Shown: piece after piece, positions 49,206 through 57,885 of the stretch
How positions within the stretch are numbered: the stretch's first letter is position 1
How the letters are laid out: each line of letters opens with the position of its first letter
From: a virus
IMG/VR virus record: IMGVR_UViG_3300046804_001132
Location: 8,091-72,090 of that record
Reading direction: 5' to 3' (one strand)
Length of the DNA: 64,000 nt
Position numbers and translations under genes: made by a program
The notes under the pieces: generated by a model
Databases searched by the model: none
The model's input: the letters and a program-made list of their open reading frames with translations, nothing else
Told to the model about the DNA's origin: nothing

Positions 49206-49946
49206 GTGAACCTATATGACATGTTGGCGCAGCCAGAAAAAGAATTTCATGATTCCCTTGTTAATATTGCAAAAAAGTATGGTCCAATAGACCAAAATCA
49301 TTCTGGCATTTGGGTAGGGTATGTCCCAGCAGAACAAAATGAGGATGCTGAAATTGGCGTGATGTGCTGCAACTGTTCAATGTATATGGATAATGGTGGG
49401 TGCATGATTCTTTCATACAAGGTACAAGAGGCAGCCGTTTGTAGGCTTGCCGCAATCCCAGATGAACTTGTTAAGCCAGAGGTAGATGAAGTGACAAAGC
49501 AGGCTCCCTGTTGGGATGGATATGTTCAAAGAGGAATGAAGCCTGGTAAAAATGGACAAATGGTTCCTAACTGTGTTCCTGTCACAAATAAGGCAGATGA
49601 TGGTCACTATCCAAATGCTGGCATGAAGGCTGCTGCTCGTAGGGCAATTGCTTGGAAAGAGCAGGGTAAGGCAAACGGAGCAGGTACTCCAGTAGGATGG
49701 ACAAGAGCACATCAAATTGTAAATGGAGAAAGACTGTCTCTTGATACAGTAAAGAGAATGTATTCCTTCTTCTCTAGGCATGAGGTTGACAAAAAGGGTA
49801 AGGACTGGAATAATAGTTCTAATCCCTCTAATGGAAGAATCATGTGGGAAGCATGGGGTGGCGATGCAGGATTTGCATGGTCACGATCAATTGTAAATAA
49901 AGAAGAAGCCAAGAAGGTTTGGCAAGACTCACCATTCTCAAGATAA
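49206..49946 (+). CDS. Multi-module putative capsid-internal protein
   Basis: Cys module (CCNC..C..C), CWDGY...VPNCVP module, GTPVGW.RA...RMYSFFSRH...WGGDAG module; ends VWQDSPF. Confidence 0.6.
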   Translation: MNLYDMLAQPEKEFHDSLVNIAKKYGPIDQNHSGIWVGYVPAEQNEDAEIGVMCCNCSMYMDNGGCMILSYKVQEAAVCRLAAIPDELVKPEVDEVTKQAPCWDGYVQRGMKPGKNGQMVPNCVPVTNKADDGHYPNAGMKAAARRAIAWKEQGKANGAGTPVGWTRAHQIVNGERLSLDTVKRMYSFFSRHEVDKKGKDWNNSSNPSNGRIMWEAWGGDAGFAWSRSIVNKEEAKKVWQDSPFSR

Positions 49947-49951
49947 TCAAT

Positions 49952-50023
49952 TGGTGTGTAGCACAACGGCAGTGCATTCGACTGTTAATCGAACGGTTGC
50001 TGGTTCGAATCCAGCCACACCAG
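49952..50023 (+). tRNA. tRNA-Asn(GTT)
   Basis: TGGTGTG/CACACCA, TTCGA-CTGTTAA-TCGAA. Confidence 0.9.
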
Positions 50024-50026
50024 CAA

Positions 50027-50055
50027 TTGACACCACAAAATCTTTCCGCTATAAT
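50027..50055 (+). promoter_or_regulatory. Consensus sigma-70 promoter
   Basis: TTGACA-17 nt-TATAAT. Confidence 0.75.
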
Positions 50056-50094
50056 AGTGCCACGGAAACTGGCGCACTGAGATACGGAGTAATT

Positions 50095-50283
50095 ATGGCA
50101 AGGCGAAAGAAGGAAGATCTAATCTCCTATCCATATACCCCAGAAATACAACTAGAATATCCATCAGGTTGGTGTATGACTAACTATCATGATGGATGTA
50201 GATATCAATTTAATCACGGCAAGTGTGGATGCGAATGCCACAAGACAGAATCAGATCCTAGACCTTGGAGACAACATGAGTAA
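50095..50283 (+). CDS. Small Cys/His protein
   Basis: RBS GGAG; SGWCMT.H..C...CGCECH. Confidence 0.55.
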   Translation: MARRKKEDLISYPYTPEIQLEYPSGWCMTNYHDGCRYQFNHGKCGCECHKTESDPRPWRQHE

Positions 50284-50647
50284 CAATCTTTACATGACCA
50301 CAGAAGATTTTGCACATCTAGTAGTTGATGCACTTGATGCACATAATTATTTTAAGAAGGGTAGTCTGGCTCATCCAGAAGATATTTCCATTGCATTTGC
50401 TACGGTTTCAGAAACTATTGGCGTTGCAATGAGTTGGGCCATTAGCAAGGATGTTGAGGCCAAGAAGAAGCAGGCCATGATGGAGACAACAACGTTGGCT
50501 AAGAATTACGCCAATAATGCAACCTATCATAGAAGCACCGTTCTTCCTATGGATGAAGAGATTGCTCCTGCTTTGCTAGAAGAAGGAGAATCGCTTGTTG
50601 CCAGTTCAAATGGCATGGGTTATTCAGAGTGGAAGAAGAATAGGTAA
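50276..50647 (+). CDS. Hypothetical protein
   Basis: RBS GGAG. Confidence 0.55.
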   Translation: MSNNLYMTTEDFAHLVVDALDAHNYFKKGSLAHPEDISIAFATVSETIGVAMSWAISKDVEAKKKQAMMETTTLAKNYANNATYHRSTVLPMDEEIAPALLEEGESLVASSNGMGYSEWKKNR

Positions 50648-50916
50648 TGTCTTATAGCAGATGGGGGTGGGAGGGTAGCGATCTTTATATCTACATGGAT
50701 GTTAATGGTTATCTTCACTGTGCTGCCTGCCCCCTCATGCCTATTGCAGAAAATGCAAAGATAAAGATGAACGAGTCATTTTATGCTTATAGCACAATGG
50801 AAATGATTGATCATCTTGGAGAACACATGGATGCTGGACATAATTTTCCAGATAGTGTTATTCCTGATATACTTTCCGACCATGAAAGAAATTTTGGAGC
50901 AAGTAATGAAACTTGA
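50647..50916 (+). CDS. Hypothetical protein (zinc-binding motif)
   Basis: MSYSRW..SDLYIY...C..C...HL..H...GH. Confidence 0.6.
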   Translation: MSYSRWGWEGSDLYIYMDVNGYLHCAACPLMPIAENAKIKMNESFYAYSTMEMIDHLGEHMDAGHNFPDSVIPDILSDHERNFGASNET

Positions 50917-51067
50917 TTTTGTTGATTGGATCAACTATGGAATTGACATGGGCTGGTGTACTACTATTTATTGTGATACACACGATGGTCCACAACTAAC
51001 AGAGGATGAGGCAAAAGAGTGGGATGAGGGTGGAGATCCCTGCTATCCAGTAGTGAGGATTTGGTAA
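50906..51067 (+). CDS. Small hypothetical protein
   Basis: GWC...C.THDG...GGDPC motif. Confidence 0.55.
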   Translation: MKLDFVDWINYGIDMGWCTTIYCDTHDGPQLTEDEAKEWDEGGDPCYPVVRIW

Positions 51068-51249
51068 TGCCTATCTATACTTATATGTGTGCTAATTGTG
51101 GAGAAAAAGAAATACAGCAAAGCATTTTAGATCATCGTCTTGATAAATGTCCTGACTGTAATACCACGAAGTTTAAGAAAGTAATCTGTCCAGCAAATGT
51201 CTCATTCAAGGGGCCTGGATTTTATTCAACTGACAGTAAAGGCAAGTGA
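51067..51249 (+). CDS. FmdB-family zinc-ribbon protein
   Basis: MPIYTY.C..C...CP.C...FKGPGFYSTD. Confidence 0.8.
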   Translation: MPIYTYMCANCGEKEIQQSILDHRLDKCPDCNTTKFKKVICPANVSFKGPGFYSTDSKGK

Positions 51250-52286
51250 TGATTCAATACAACAAGACTGCACTTTGTTTTGATGATATTCTTCTAGTTC
51301 CCAAAGAAAGTAAGATAAAGTCTCGTCATGATGTAGGACTTACCATGATCATTGGTGAGGAACATAAGATAGTTCTTAAGTTCCCTGTCATTGCTGCGCC
51401 TATGGATACCGTCTGCGATATACAGATGTGCAGGGCTATTTCTGATGCTGGTGGTCTTGGAATTCTTCATCGTTATATGTCGTATGAAAATCAGACTGCT
51501 AAGGCTAAATTGCTTGCTGATGCTGAATTTAATTTTGGTGTTGCTATTGCATCCAATAATGGATTTATGGAGCAGGCACAAAAACTTTATGATGTTGGTA
51601 CTCGCATTTTTCTTGTAGATACCGCTAACGGTCATGGAGATTATGCTGTTGCCGCTGTTGCTGAATTGCGAGATAAGTTTAATGATATCCACATTATGGC
51701 AGGCAACGTTGCAACTGCACAAGGTTTTGCAAAACTATCTGCCGCAGGCGCAGACTCTATTCGTGTTGGTATTGGTGGGGGTAGCGCATGTACAACTAGA
51801 TTAGTTAGTGGTCATGGTGTCCCAACTCTTGCTTCAATAATTGACGTAGAAGAATGGAGAGAGACAACTTCAATTTATCGTACATCTATTATTGCTGACG
51901 GAGGTATTCGTAATAGCGGTGATATGGTCAAGGCTTTTGCAGCAGGAGCAGATGCAGTTATGGTTGGCTCAATGTTAGCAGGCACAGATGAATCTCCAGG
52001 AGAAGTCATCTATGATGCTCAGGGAAATCCATCAAAGCGTTTTCGTGGTATGGCTTCTGCTGATGCTCAGATAGATGCTACAGGAAAGATATCAGTATCT
52101 GAAGGCATCTCTACTACGGTTCCATATAAAAGAACAGTTAAGCACATCTTTGATCAAATTCGCGGCGGTCTAGGAAGTGGCTGCTCATATTCTGGAGTAC
52201 AAAGTCTATCTAAACTATCTTATTCTGCTGAGTATGTTGAAGTAACTCAAGCATCTCTCAATGAATCAAGGCCACATGCATTATGA
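51246..52286 (+). CDS. guaB: IMP dehydrogenase / GMP reductase (no CBS domains)
   Basis: [43 protein letters not shown]. Confidence 0.88.
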   Translation: MMIQYNKTALCFDDILLVPKESKIKSRHDVGLTMIIGEEHKIVLKFPVIAAPMDTVCDIQMCRAISDAGGLGILHRYMSYENQTAKAKLLADAEFNFGVAIASNNGFMEQAQKLYDVGTRIFLVDTANGHGDYAVAAVAELRDKFNDIHIMAGNVATAQGFAKLSAAGADSIRVGIGGGSACTTRLVSGHGVPTLASIIDVEEWRETTSIYRTSIIADGGIRNSGDMVKAFAAGADAVMVGSMLAGTDESPGEVIYDAQGNPSKRFRGMASADAQIDATGKISVSEGISTTVPYKRTVKHIFDQIRGGLGSGCSYSGVQSLSKLSYSAEYVEVTQASLNESRPHAL

Positions 52287-52525
52287 GTCATTCAGCATGG
52301 TGGTGGTCATGGCTTCTCATGATCGTCGGAGTCACAGGTCTTTACTTTTCTGGTAAACAGAAATGGTGGGGTTGGTTAATTGGATTGCTTTCTGAGATCC
52401 TGTGGATGATTTATGCAGTCGTTACAGAACAGTATGGGTTTATTGTTTTTGCGCTGGTATATGCGTTAGTATTTATAAAGAATTCATATTACTGGTATAA
52501 GAATCAAAGCCAAAATATGTTATAA
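52283..52525 (+). CDS. Small PnuC-like membrane protein
   Basis: Three hydrophobic segments; K.WWGW..G...LW pattern. Confidence 0.55.
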   Translation: MSHSAWWWSWLLMIVGVTGLYFSGKQKWWGWLIGLLSEILWMIYAVVTEQYGFIVFALVYALVFIKNSYYWYKNQSQNML

Positions 52526-52532
52526 TCATTGT

Positions 52533-54002
52533 ATGACAGATACATTCATTCCCCCAGCGCACATCCCCCCAAGAATTGGGGAGCAACCAAGTTCTCTCAT
52601 TGTCGCAAAGCACAAGTCCTTTGCTGGCGATGCTATTACCGTTCGTAATCCTTCTGGTCAAGCAGTTGTTGACTACGTTAGCGATGGAGTCCATCTTTCC
52701 AGAGCGGGAGATCAAGGACTCATTAATATTCTTGAAGAAACAAGTTGGCACAATAATACCAGCCCAGCAAATACCTCATGGAATGCTGATGGTTGGGAGG
52801 ATCTTCACCTCCTTGATACCAGAAACTGGACAAATTTTAGAAGTGCTTTAAATAATCACATTGGAGAAAATATAATCAACAACGGTTACAAGTTGATTAT
52901 GCGTGATAACACCACTGGCAAGTATTACAAGATGCAGTTCCATTTCTGGCAAGCAGGTGGAAATTATGGTGGAGATGCCCATAATAACTGGACCACAGAA
53001 AATGGTGGATTCTCATACACTCGTCAAGAAATCTTCATGAGTGAGTCACTTTCATTCGTTCACGCTCAGGCTGGAGATCCAGGCGATCAACTATCAGAAA
53101 CCGTAACAATCGTTAGAGGCGAGGCTGGTGGAATTTATAACTCTGTTCAAGAGGAGCAATGGGACCCAGCAGTTAGCCCCGCAGGTGTTCTTTGGAATAC
53201 CGAAGGATGGGATGATCTTGCAAACATTACAATACGAGAATATCATCCACTTTATGCCGTAACTGGTCAACTTGGAAATAACATTGAGAACAAGGAATAC
53301 GTCATGTATGACGTAGCAGCCGATGAATACTACCAAGTCAAGTTCTATGACTGGGGTAGCGACAATGGAGGATCTTTCTCATATGTAAGAACCAAGTTAA
53401 ATAAGTGGGCAAGCCCCGAAGGTATTCAATTTGGTGACGGATCAGTTCAGGTTGATGCCGCTGGTGAAGGTCTTAACAAGATTAAGGCTGAGTACTGGGG
53501 ATACCCAGACCATACCGTCCAAATCAAGAATGCCAAGGACAATGATGCCATTGCTCTTGCTTCAACATCACGCTCCATTGTTCGCTGGCAGGCCAGAGAA
53601 GAGGCTCAGGGAGTTGAGATTGAGGCTTTGATCAGCGTTACAGATATCGGAGGCGGTGAATGGGAAGTTAAGTTCAGCGTAAATCCAGATAGAGTAATGC
53701 TTAATGATTATGTCTACTATGTAAATAATGCTGGAGACTTCAATGGAGAATGGTATTCAACCAGTGGAGGAGAAGGAACAGTCACTCTAATTTATGACTA
53801 CTCACCAGAAGGAGATCCAACAGGAGGCAGAATTGGTGGACCTTCTAGATACAGTCAAGTAGAAGCAACTGAAAGCGCACTATACATCAAGACTGCACAA
53901 TGGGACCCAGATGAGACACATCAGTATTTCTGGGAGTTCATGCATGATGGTGGACTTAGGTTCCCCAACGGCACTGTTCAATACTCAGCATGGGAAGGCT
54001 AA
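52533..54002 (+). CDS. Repeat-containing putative fibre/receptor-binding protein
   Basis: Two copies of SPA..WN..GW.DL...YY...F..W...GG.FSY.R; F(G/P)(D/N)G.VQ fibre motifs. Confidence 0.55.
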   Translation: MTDTFIPPAHIPPRIGEQPSSLIVAKHKSFAGDAITVRNPSGQAVVDYVSDGVHLSRAGDQGLINILEETSWHNNTSPANTSWNADGWEDLHLLDTRNWTNFRSALNNHIGENIINNGYKLIMRDNTTGKYYKMQFHFWQAGGNYGGDAHNNWTTENGGFSYTRQEIFMSESLSFVHAQAGDPGDQLSETVTIVRGEAGGIYNSVQEEQWDPAVSPAGVLWNTEGWDDLANITIREYHPLYAVTGQLGNNIENKEYVMYDVAADEYYQVKFYDWGSDNGGSFSYVRTKLNKWASPEGIQFGDGSVQVDAAGEGLNKIKAEYWGYPDHTVQIKNAKDNDAIALASTSRSIVRWQAREEAQGVEIEALISVTDIGGGEWEVKFSVNPDRVMLNDYVYYVNNAGDFNGEWYSTSGGEGTVTLIYDYSPEGDPTGGRIGGPSRYSQVEATESALYIKTAQWDPDETHQYFWEFMHDGGLRFPNGTVQYSAWEG

Positions 54003-54018
54003 TAAAATAGTTTATAGT

Positions 54019-54055
54019 GAGGGGCGGCAGAGAAATCTGTCGCCTCTTTCTATTT
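54019..54055 (+). terminator. Intrinsic terminator
   Basis: GGGGCGGCAGA-GAAA-TCTGTCGCCTC plus T-rich tail. Confidence 0.75.
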
Positions 54056-54091
54056 ATTGACCAAACATATTTCATGCACTATAATTGATGC

Positions 54092-54304
54092 ATGACACAT
54101 AAGAATCCAGATCCACTGTGCCCCACGCTTATTCCAGATGGTTGGCACTATGACTATTGCACTACCTGTTCTGATTACAAGAACATTAGACAAGATGAGC
54201 GAAACAACATTGCTATCGTAATACAGGATTATTTTAAGGGTGTACCATCTTTAAACAAGGTTCATGTAGATGCGCTTGTGAATAGCATCGTAAACCCCTC
54301 TTGA
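54092..54304 (+). CDS. Small DPLC-family Cys protein
   Basis: DPLCP...C..C...IRQDER. Confidence 0.55.
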   Translation: MTHKNPDPLCPTLIPDGWHYDYCTTCSDYKNIRQDERNNIAIVIQDYFKGVPSLNKVHVDALVNSIVNPS

Positions 54305-54358
54305 CAGTAAAGATTTTTTGCGGTAATATTGGTCGCAACGAACTCATTTAGGAGAGAC

Positions 54359-55429
54359 ATGACGCAATGGATTCCGCTTCAGCGTAAGGACAAGCCTTCT
54401 ATCTCTATGGTTGAGATGGATGAGATTACATCTAGGCTTATTCTTCCATTTGACTATGCCTCCGATGGGACTGAAAAGTTTTATCCATATGAGGTTCCTG
54501 CTGATCTTCCCTTGAATTGGGGCATTGGCGTAATTGTTGGTGCAAGCGGCACAGGCAAGTCTACGATGCTTAAAAATTTTGGTACTGTCTGCACACCCCA
54601 ATGGAATAATATGGCCTCCATTGCCTCTCATTTTGATTCTGCGGAGGATGCTAGCGAGCGTCTAGCGGCGGCAGGGCTAATGAGTATTCCAGAATGGGTA
54701 AAGCCATACGATGTTCTTAGCACAGGACAGAAGTTCCGTGCTGATCTAGCAAGGAGTATTAAGAATAATGCTGTTATTGACGAGTTTACTAGTGTTGTTG
54801 ATCGCAATGTCGCTATGGCAGCGTCAACAGCATTGGCAAGATACGTTAGAAAGAACAATATATCTGGTATTGTTCTGGCTACTTGTCACAGGGATGTTTT
54901 GGATTTTCTTCAACCTGACTGGGTTATAGATACTGATAAGGGTGCTTGGACTACTTCTAAGGAGTGGCAAAGGCGACCTCAAATGGATCTCACAATTTAT
55001 CCGTGCGACTACTCCCTTTGGGGCTACTTCTCTAAGTATCACTACCTCACAGGAAACATCAACAGATCAGCACATTGTTATGTTGGGATCTGGGAAGGAC
55101 AACTAGTTGCGTTCAATTCATGCATCACAGCGCCCAACGGTAATTATAAGAATGCTTACCGTGGTCACAGACTTGTTGTTCACCCTGACTATCAAGGCTT
55201 TGGCTTTGGTCCAAAGATTTCAGAGGCTGTTGCACAACATTATGTGGATAACGGAAAGCGTTATTTCGCCAAGACTGCTCATCCCAGACTCGGCGGGTAC
55301 AGGGATAGCAGCCCTCTGTGGAAGCCTACTAGTAAGAATCACATGAAACGTAAAGATGGTGCAGGTAATACACGATGGGAAATCAATTCGGAAAGGTGGA
55401 CATTCAGCCATGAGTACATCGGAAAATAA
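54359..55429 (+). CDS. ABC-type ATPase fused to GNAT-like domain
   Basis: GASGTGKST, LSTGQ, IDEFTS, then HHY-like YHY and RLVVHPDYQGFG. Confidence 0.8.
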   Translation: MTQWIPLQRKDKPSISMVEMDEITSRLILPFDYASDGTEKFYPYEVPADLPLNWGIGVIVGASGTGKSTMLKNFGTVCTPQWNNMASIASHFDSAEDASERLAAAGLMSIPEWVKPYDVLSTGQKFRADLARSIKNNAVIDEFTSVVDRNVAMAASTALARYVRKNNISGIVLATCHRDVLDFLQPDWVIDTDKGAWTTSKEWQRRPQMDLTIYPCDYSLWGYFSKYHYLTGNINRSAHCYVGIWEGQLVAFNSCITAPNGNYKNAYRGHRLVVHPDYQGFGFGPKISEAVAQHYVDNGKRYFAKTAHPRLGGYRDSSPLWKPTSKNHMKRKDGAGNTRWEINSERWTFSHEYIGK

Positions 55430-55679
55430 TGGTGCCGTAAGGCATATAGAAGGTTGTCCATGCAACAATGCTGATGAGCGTGGATGTTTTCTTATTAGTG
55501 CAAATACAAACAAATGTGTTTCGTGTACATGTCACGAAGATATAAAGTGGCAAACACATTACATGCTGTGCTTGGCTAAAAATCAGTGTCCTTATTCAGG
55601 TCTTGGTGGTCCTGAATGTAAGTCTTGGCTTTGTGATTGTTTTGAATTTGAAGATATTTGGGGGGTGAGTCAGAAATGA
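55410..55679 (+). CDS. Cys-rich small protein
   Basis: H..GCPC, C..C.C, C..WLCDCF. Confidence 0.5.
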   Translation: MSTSENNGAVRHIEGCPCNNADERGCFLISANTNKCVSCTCHEDIKWQTHYMLCLAKNQCPYSGLGGPECKSWLCDCFEFEDIWGVSQK

Positions 55680-55867
55680 AAGGTCACGATGGACTATGCC
55701 CAACTCCTAATCCACAATTGATTGATGCAAAGAATTGCGCTTATTGCAATATCATTGCTAATGTCAAGGATCACTACAAGGAAAAGGGTAAGGGAAGTAA
55801 GACATATGAAGAAGGTTATCATGATGGTTGGAATGCAGCCATTGACAAGTTAAAGGAGTTAGCATGA
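55676..55867 (+). CDS. Small DPLC-family Cys protein
   Basis: HDGLCP...CAYCNIIANV..YEEGY. Confidence 0.55.
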   Translation: MKGHDGLCPTPNPQLIDAKNCAYCNIIANVKDHYKEKGKGSKTYEEGYHDGWNAAIDKLKELA

Positions 55868-56190
55868 TACACGACCCGCTGTGCGAATGGTCAACGCCGT
55901 GTATTCACGGCGAGAACCAGCAGCACTCACGAGATACCGAAAATTTGGCCGTGCCCGACGCGACTTATTGCTGGATGTGCGGCGCAGACTGCCTGTGTGA
56001 CCTGATCGCCAAGGTGCGTGAGGACATGCTCGCTAAGTGCATCGAAGCGGTAGAGGAAGTTCATTCACCGATCCAGAATGGTGAAGACACCTACTGCCGT
56101 GGTTGTGCTGATGCCGCCTACGACGAGTTCTCATTTACTTGGCCGTGTCCAGTTGTTACTTCCGTGCGTGCCCTGCGAGATAATCCATGA
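55864..56190 (+). CDS. DPLC-family Cys protein (GC-rich)
   Basis: HDPLC...CLCDLIAKVRED...C..C...WPC. Confidence 0.6.
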   Translation: MIHDPLCEWSTPCIHGENQQHSRDTENLAVPDATYCWMCGADCLCDLIAKVREDMLAKCIEAVEEVHSPIQNGEDTYCRGCADAAYDEFSFTWPCPVVTSVRALRDNP

Positions 56191-56369
56191 CCCACGACCC
56201 GCTTTGTCCTACACAAAATCCCCAAAGATGGGATCGTTATCCTTGGGCATGTTGCTGTGATCTAATCGCGGCGGTACGCAAGGACGAGTCAACAAAAGCC
56301 TATAGAAAAGGATATAACGATAATGCTAGAACAAAGGGAACGTGGGAAGCGATTTACGGAGGGAATTAA
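56187..56369 (+). CDS. Small DPLC-family Cys protein
   Basis: HDPLCP...CCCDLIAAVRKDE. Confidence 0.55.
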   Translation: MTHDPLCPTQNPQRWDRYPWACCCDLIAAVRKDESTKAYRKGYNDNARTKGTWEAIYGGN

Positions 56370-56725
56370 TGAGAATACTTATTACTGGTTCTAGAACATG
56401 GACTGACAAAGTGACAATAGCACAGGCTATTCGTGAGGCATGGCTTGTGCAAGGTCGTCCTTATGGTGTTGTGGTGGTTCATGGTGGTGCAAAGGGTGCT
56501 GACTATATTGCGGGGGTATACGCAAAACATTTAGGATTCTCTGTAGAAGTACATGAAGCAGACTGGACAATTGGCAAGCGTGCTGGATACATTCGTAATA
56601 AGAAAATGGTTGATGCAGGAGCAGACGTATGTCTAGCATTTATTAAAGACAATTCCAAGGGTGCCACCATGTGTGCAGAACTGGCACAAAAATCAGGAAT
56701 TCCTACTCATATCTGGAGACAATAA
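56369..56725 (+). CDS. SLOG-family (YspA/DUF2493-like) protein
   Basis: MRILITGSR.W, VVHGGAKGAD, AG..RN..M, S.GA. Confidence 0.8.
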   Translation: MRILITGSRTWTDKVTIAQAIREAWLVQGRPYGVVVVHGGAKGADYIAGVYAKHLGFSVEVHEADWTIGKRAGYIRNKKMVDAGADVCLAFIKDNSKGATMCAELAQKSGIPTHIWRQ

Positions 56726-57126
56726 AAATGTCGTGTATCAATGGGAATTGAAATTTTCGCGGGGCAGTTAAAGAATCCACCCTCTCTATATATAAACATA
56801 AAGGAATACATACATGTACATAGATCTTAAAACAGCAATTATGTTTTTCATTGTCATGGTTGTCTTTGCATTATTCATGCCTTAAAACCTCTCAGAATGG
56901 CTCAAATTGTCTTGTATAGGCATTGGAGAACCATTGATTTGGTGTTATGAATGTTACTGTGATATTTGGGATGAAAAGAAATGGGTTAAAGTGGTTGGAA
57001 ATGGAGTATTGTGGAAGAAAGAAACTAAATAAACAATCATTTTTCCCTCATAAAACACAATAAAACATACCAATTCATGCAAAAAATCCCCCAAATCGTA
57101 ATGACATGGGGTAATTTTATATATCT

Positions 57127-57651
57127 CTATATATAGAGGATATCTATAGGACCTTGACATGTAGGGGATAATGTGATAGCAGAATCTAATGCTATTTGTA
57201 CCCGCTCAGATAGGGGTAGATCATATAGAGATGTAGTATATAGAGAACCTAAGGCTATGTTTGAACCACTGCCTACCGCTGAATATTCCAATTCAGATAC
57301 AGACCAATCATTAGTGGTAATCTCAAACAATCTACCTTTACATCCCACCAAAAAATCTGTATGACTTTCAGATTCAGAAAGATTGCTTGGACCAAACTCC
57401 TCAATAATATTTTTGAGTGATTTAATAAAGGTGGTTCGTAATGTCTTTTCTACATCCTTGCCTAAAATGGGGGCAGCCATGATATGTGATAATTGTCCTA
57501 CCCCTTGACTTCCTGCATATCCAATGATATACTCCCCATTCTTTACAACCTTTGGGCGGCATAGAGAAAGAATATTATCATTATTAGATATACCTCTATC
57601 TCCTCCTATATATACATTATCTCCATTAGAGATACCTACAATACATGTCAT
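57127..57651 (-). CDS. HslV/proteasome-beta-like Ntn peptidase
   Basis: N-terminal M-T-C, GGD, GYAG, AVGSG...ALG. Confidence 0.75.
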   Translation of the reverse strand: MTCIVGISNGDNVYIGGDRGISNNDNILSLCRPKVVKNGEYIIGYAGSQGVGQLSHIMAAPILGKDVEKTLRTTFIKSLKNIIEEFGPSNLSESESHTDFLVGCKGRLFEITTNDWSVSELEYSAVGSGSNIALGSLYTTSLYDLPLSERVQIALDSAITLSPTCQGPIDILYI

Positions 57652-57885
57652 ATATAATCATTCCCTTAGATTTGATAGCCCATTATACTAGAAGTCCCGT
57701 GATTTTTTAAGGTTCTTCGTAATCCTTTTTTGGTGAAATTCTGGTGAATTCGTAAAGGGGTTCGTAATACTTTTTATTGTTTTGTTTAAATTCCGGCCCC
57801 CTTTCAGAGGATAAGAACTAGAATTCCAAACACAACAATCAAACAAATTGTGCCACCAATAATTGTTGTCACAATATCGCTCCCC

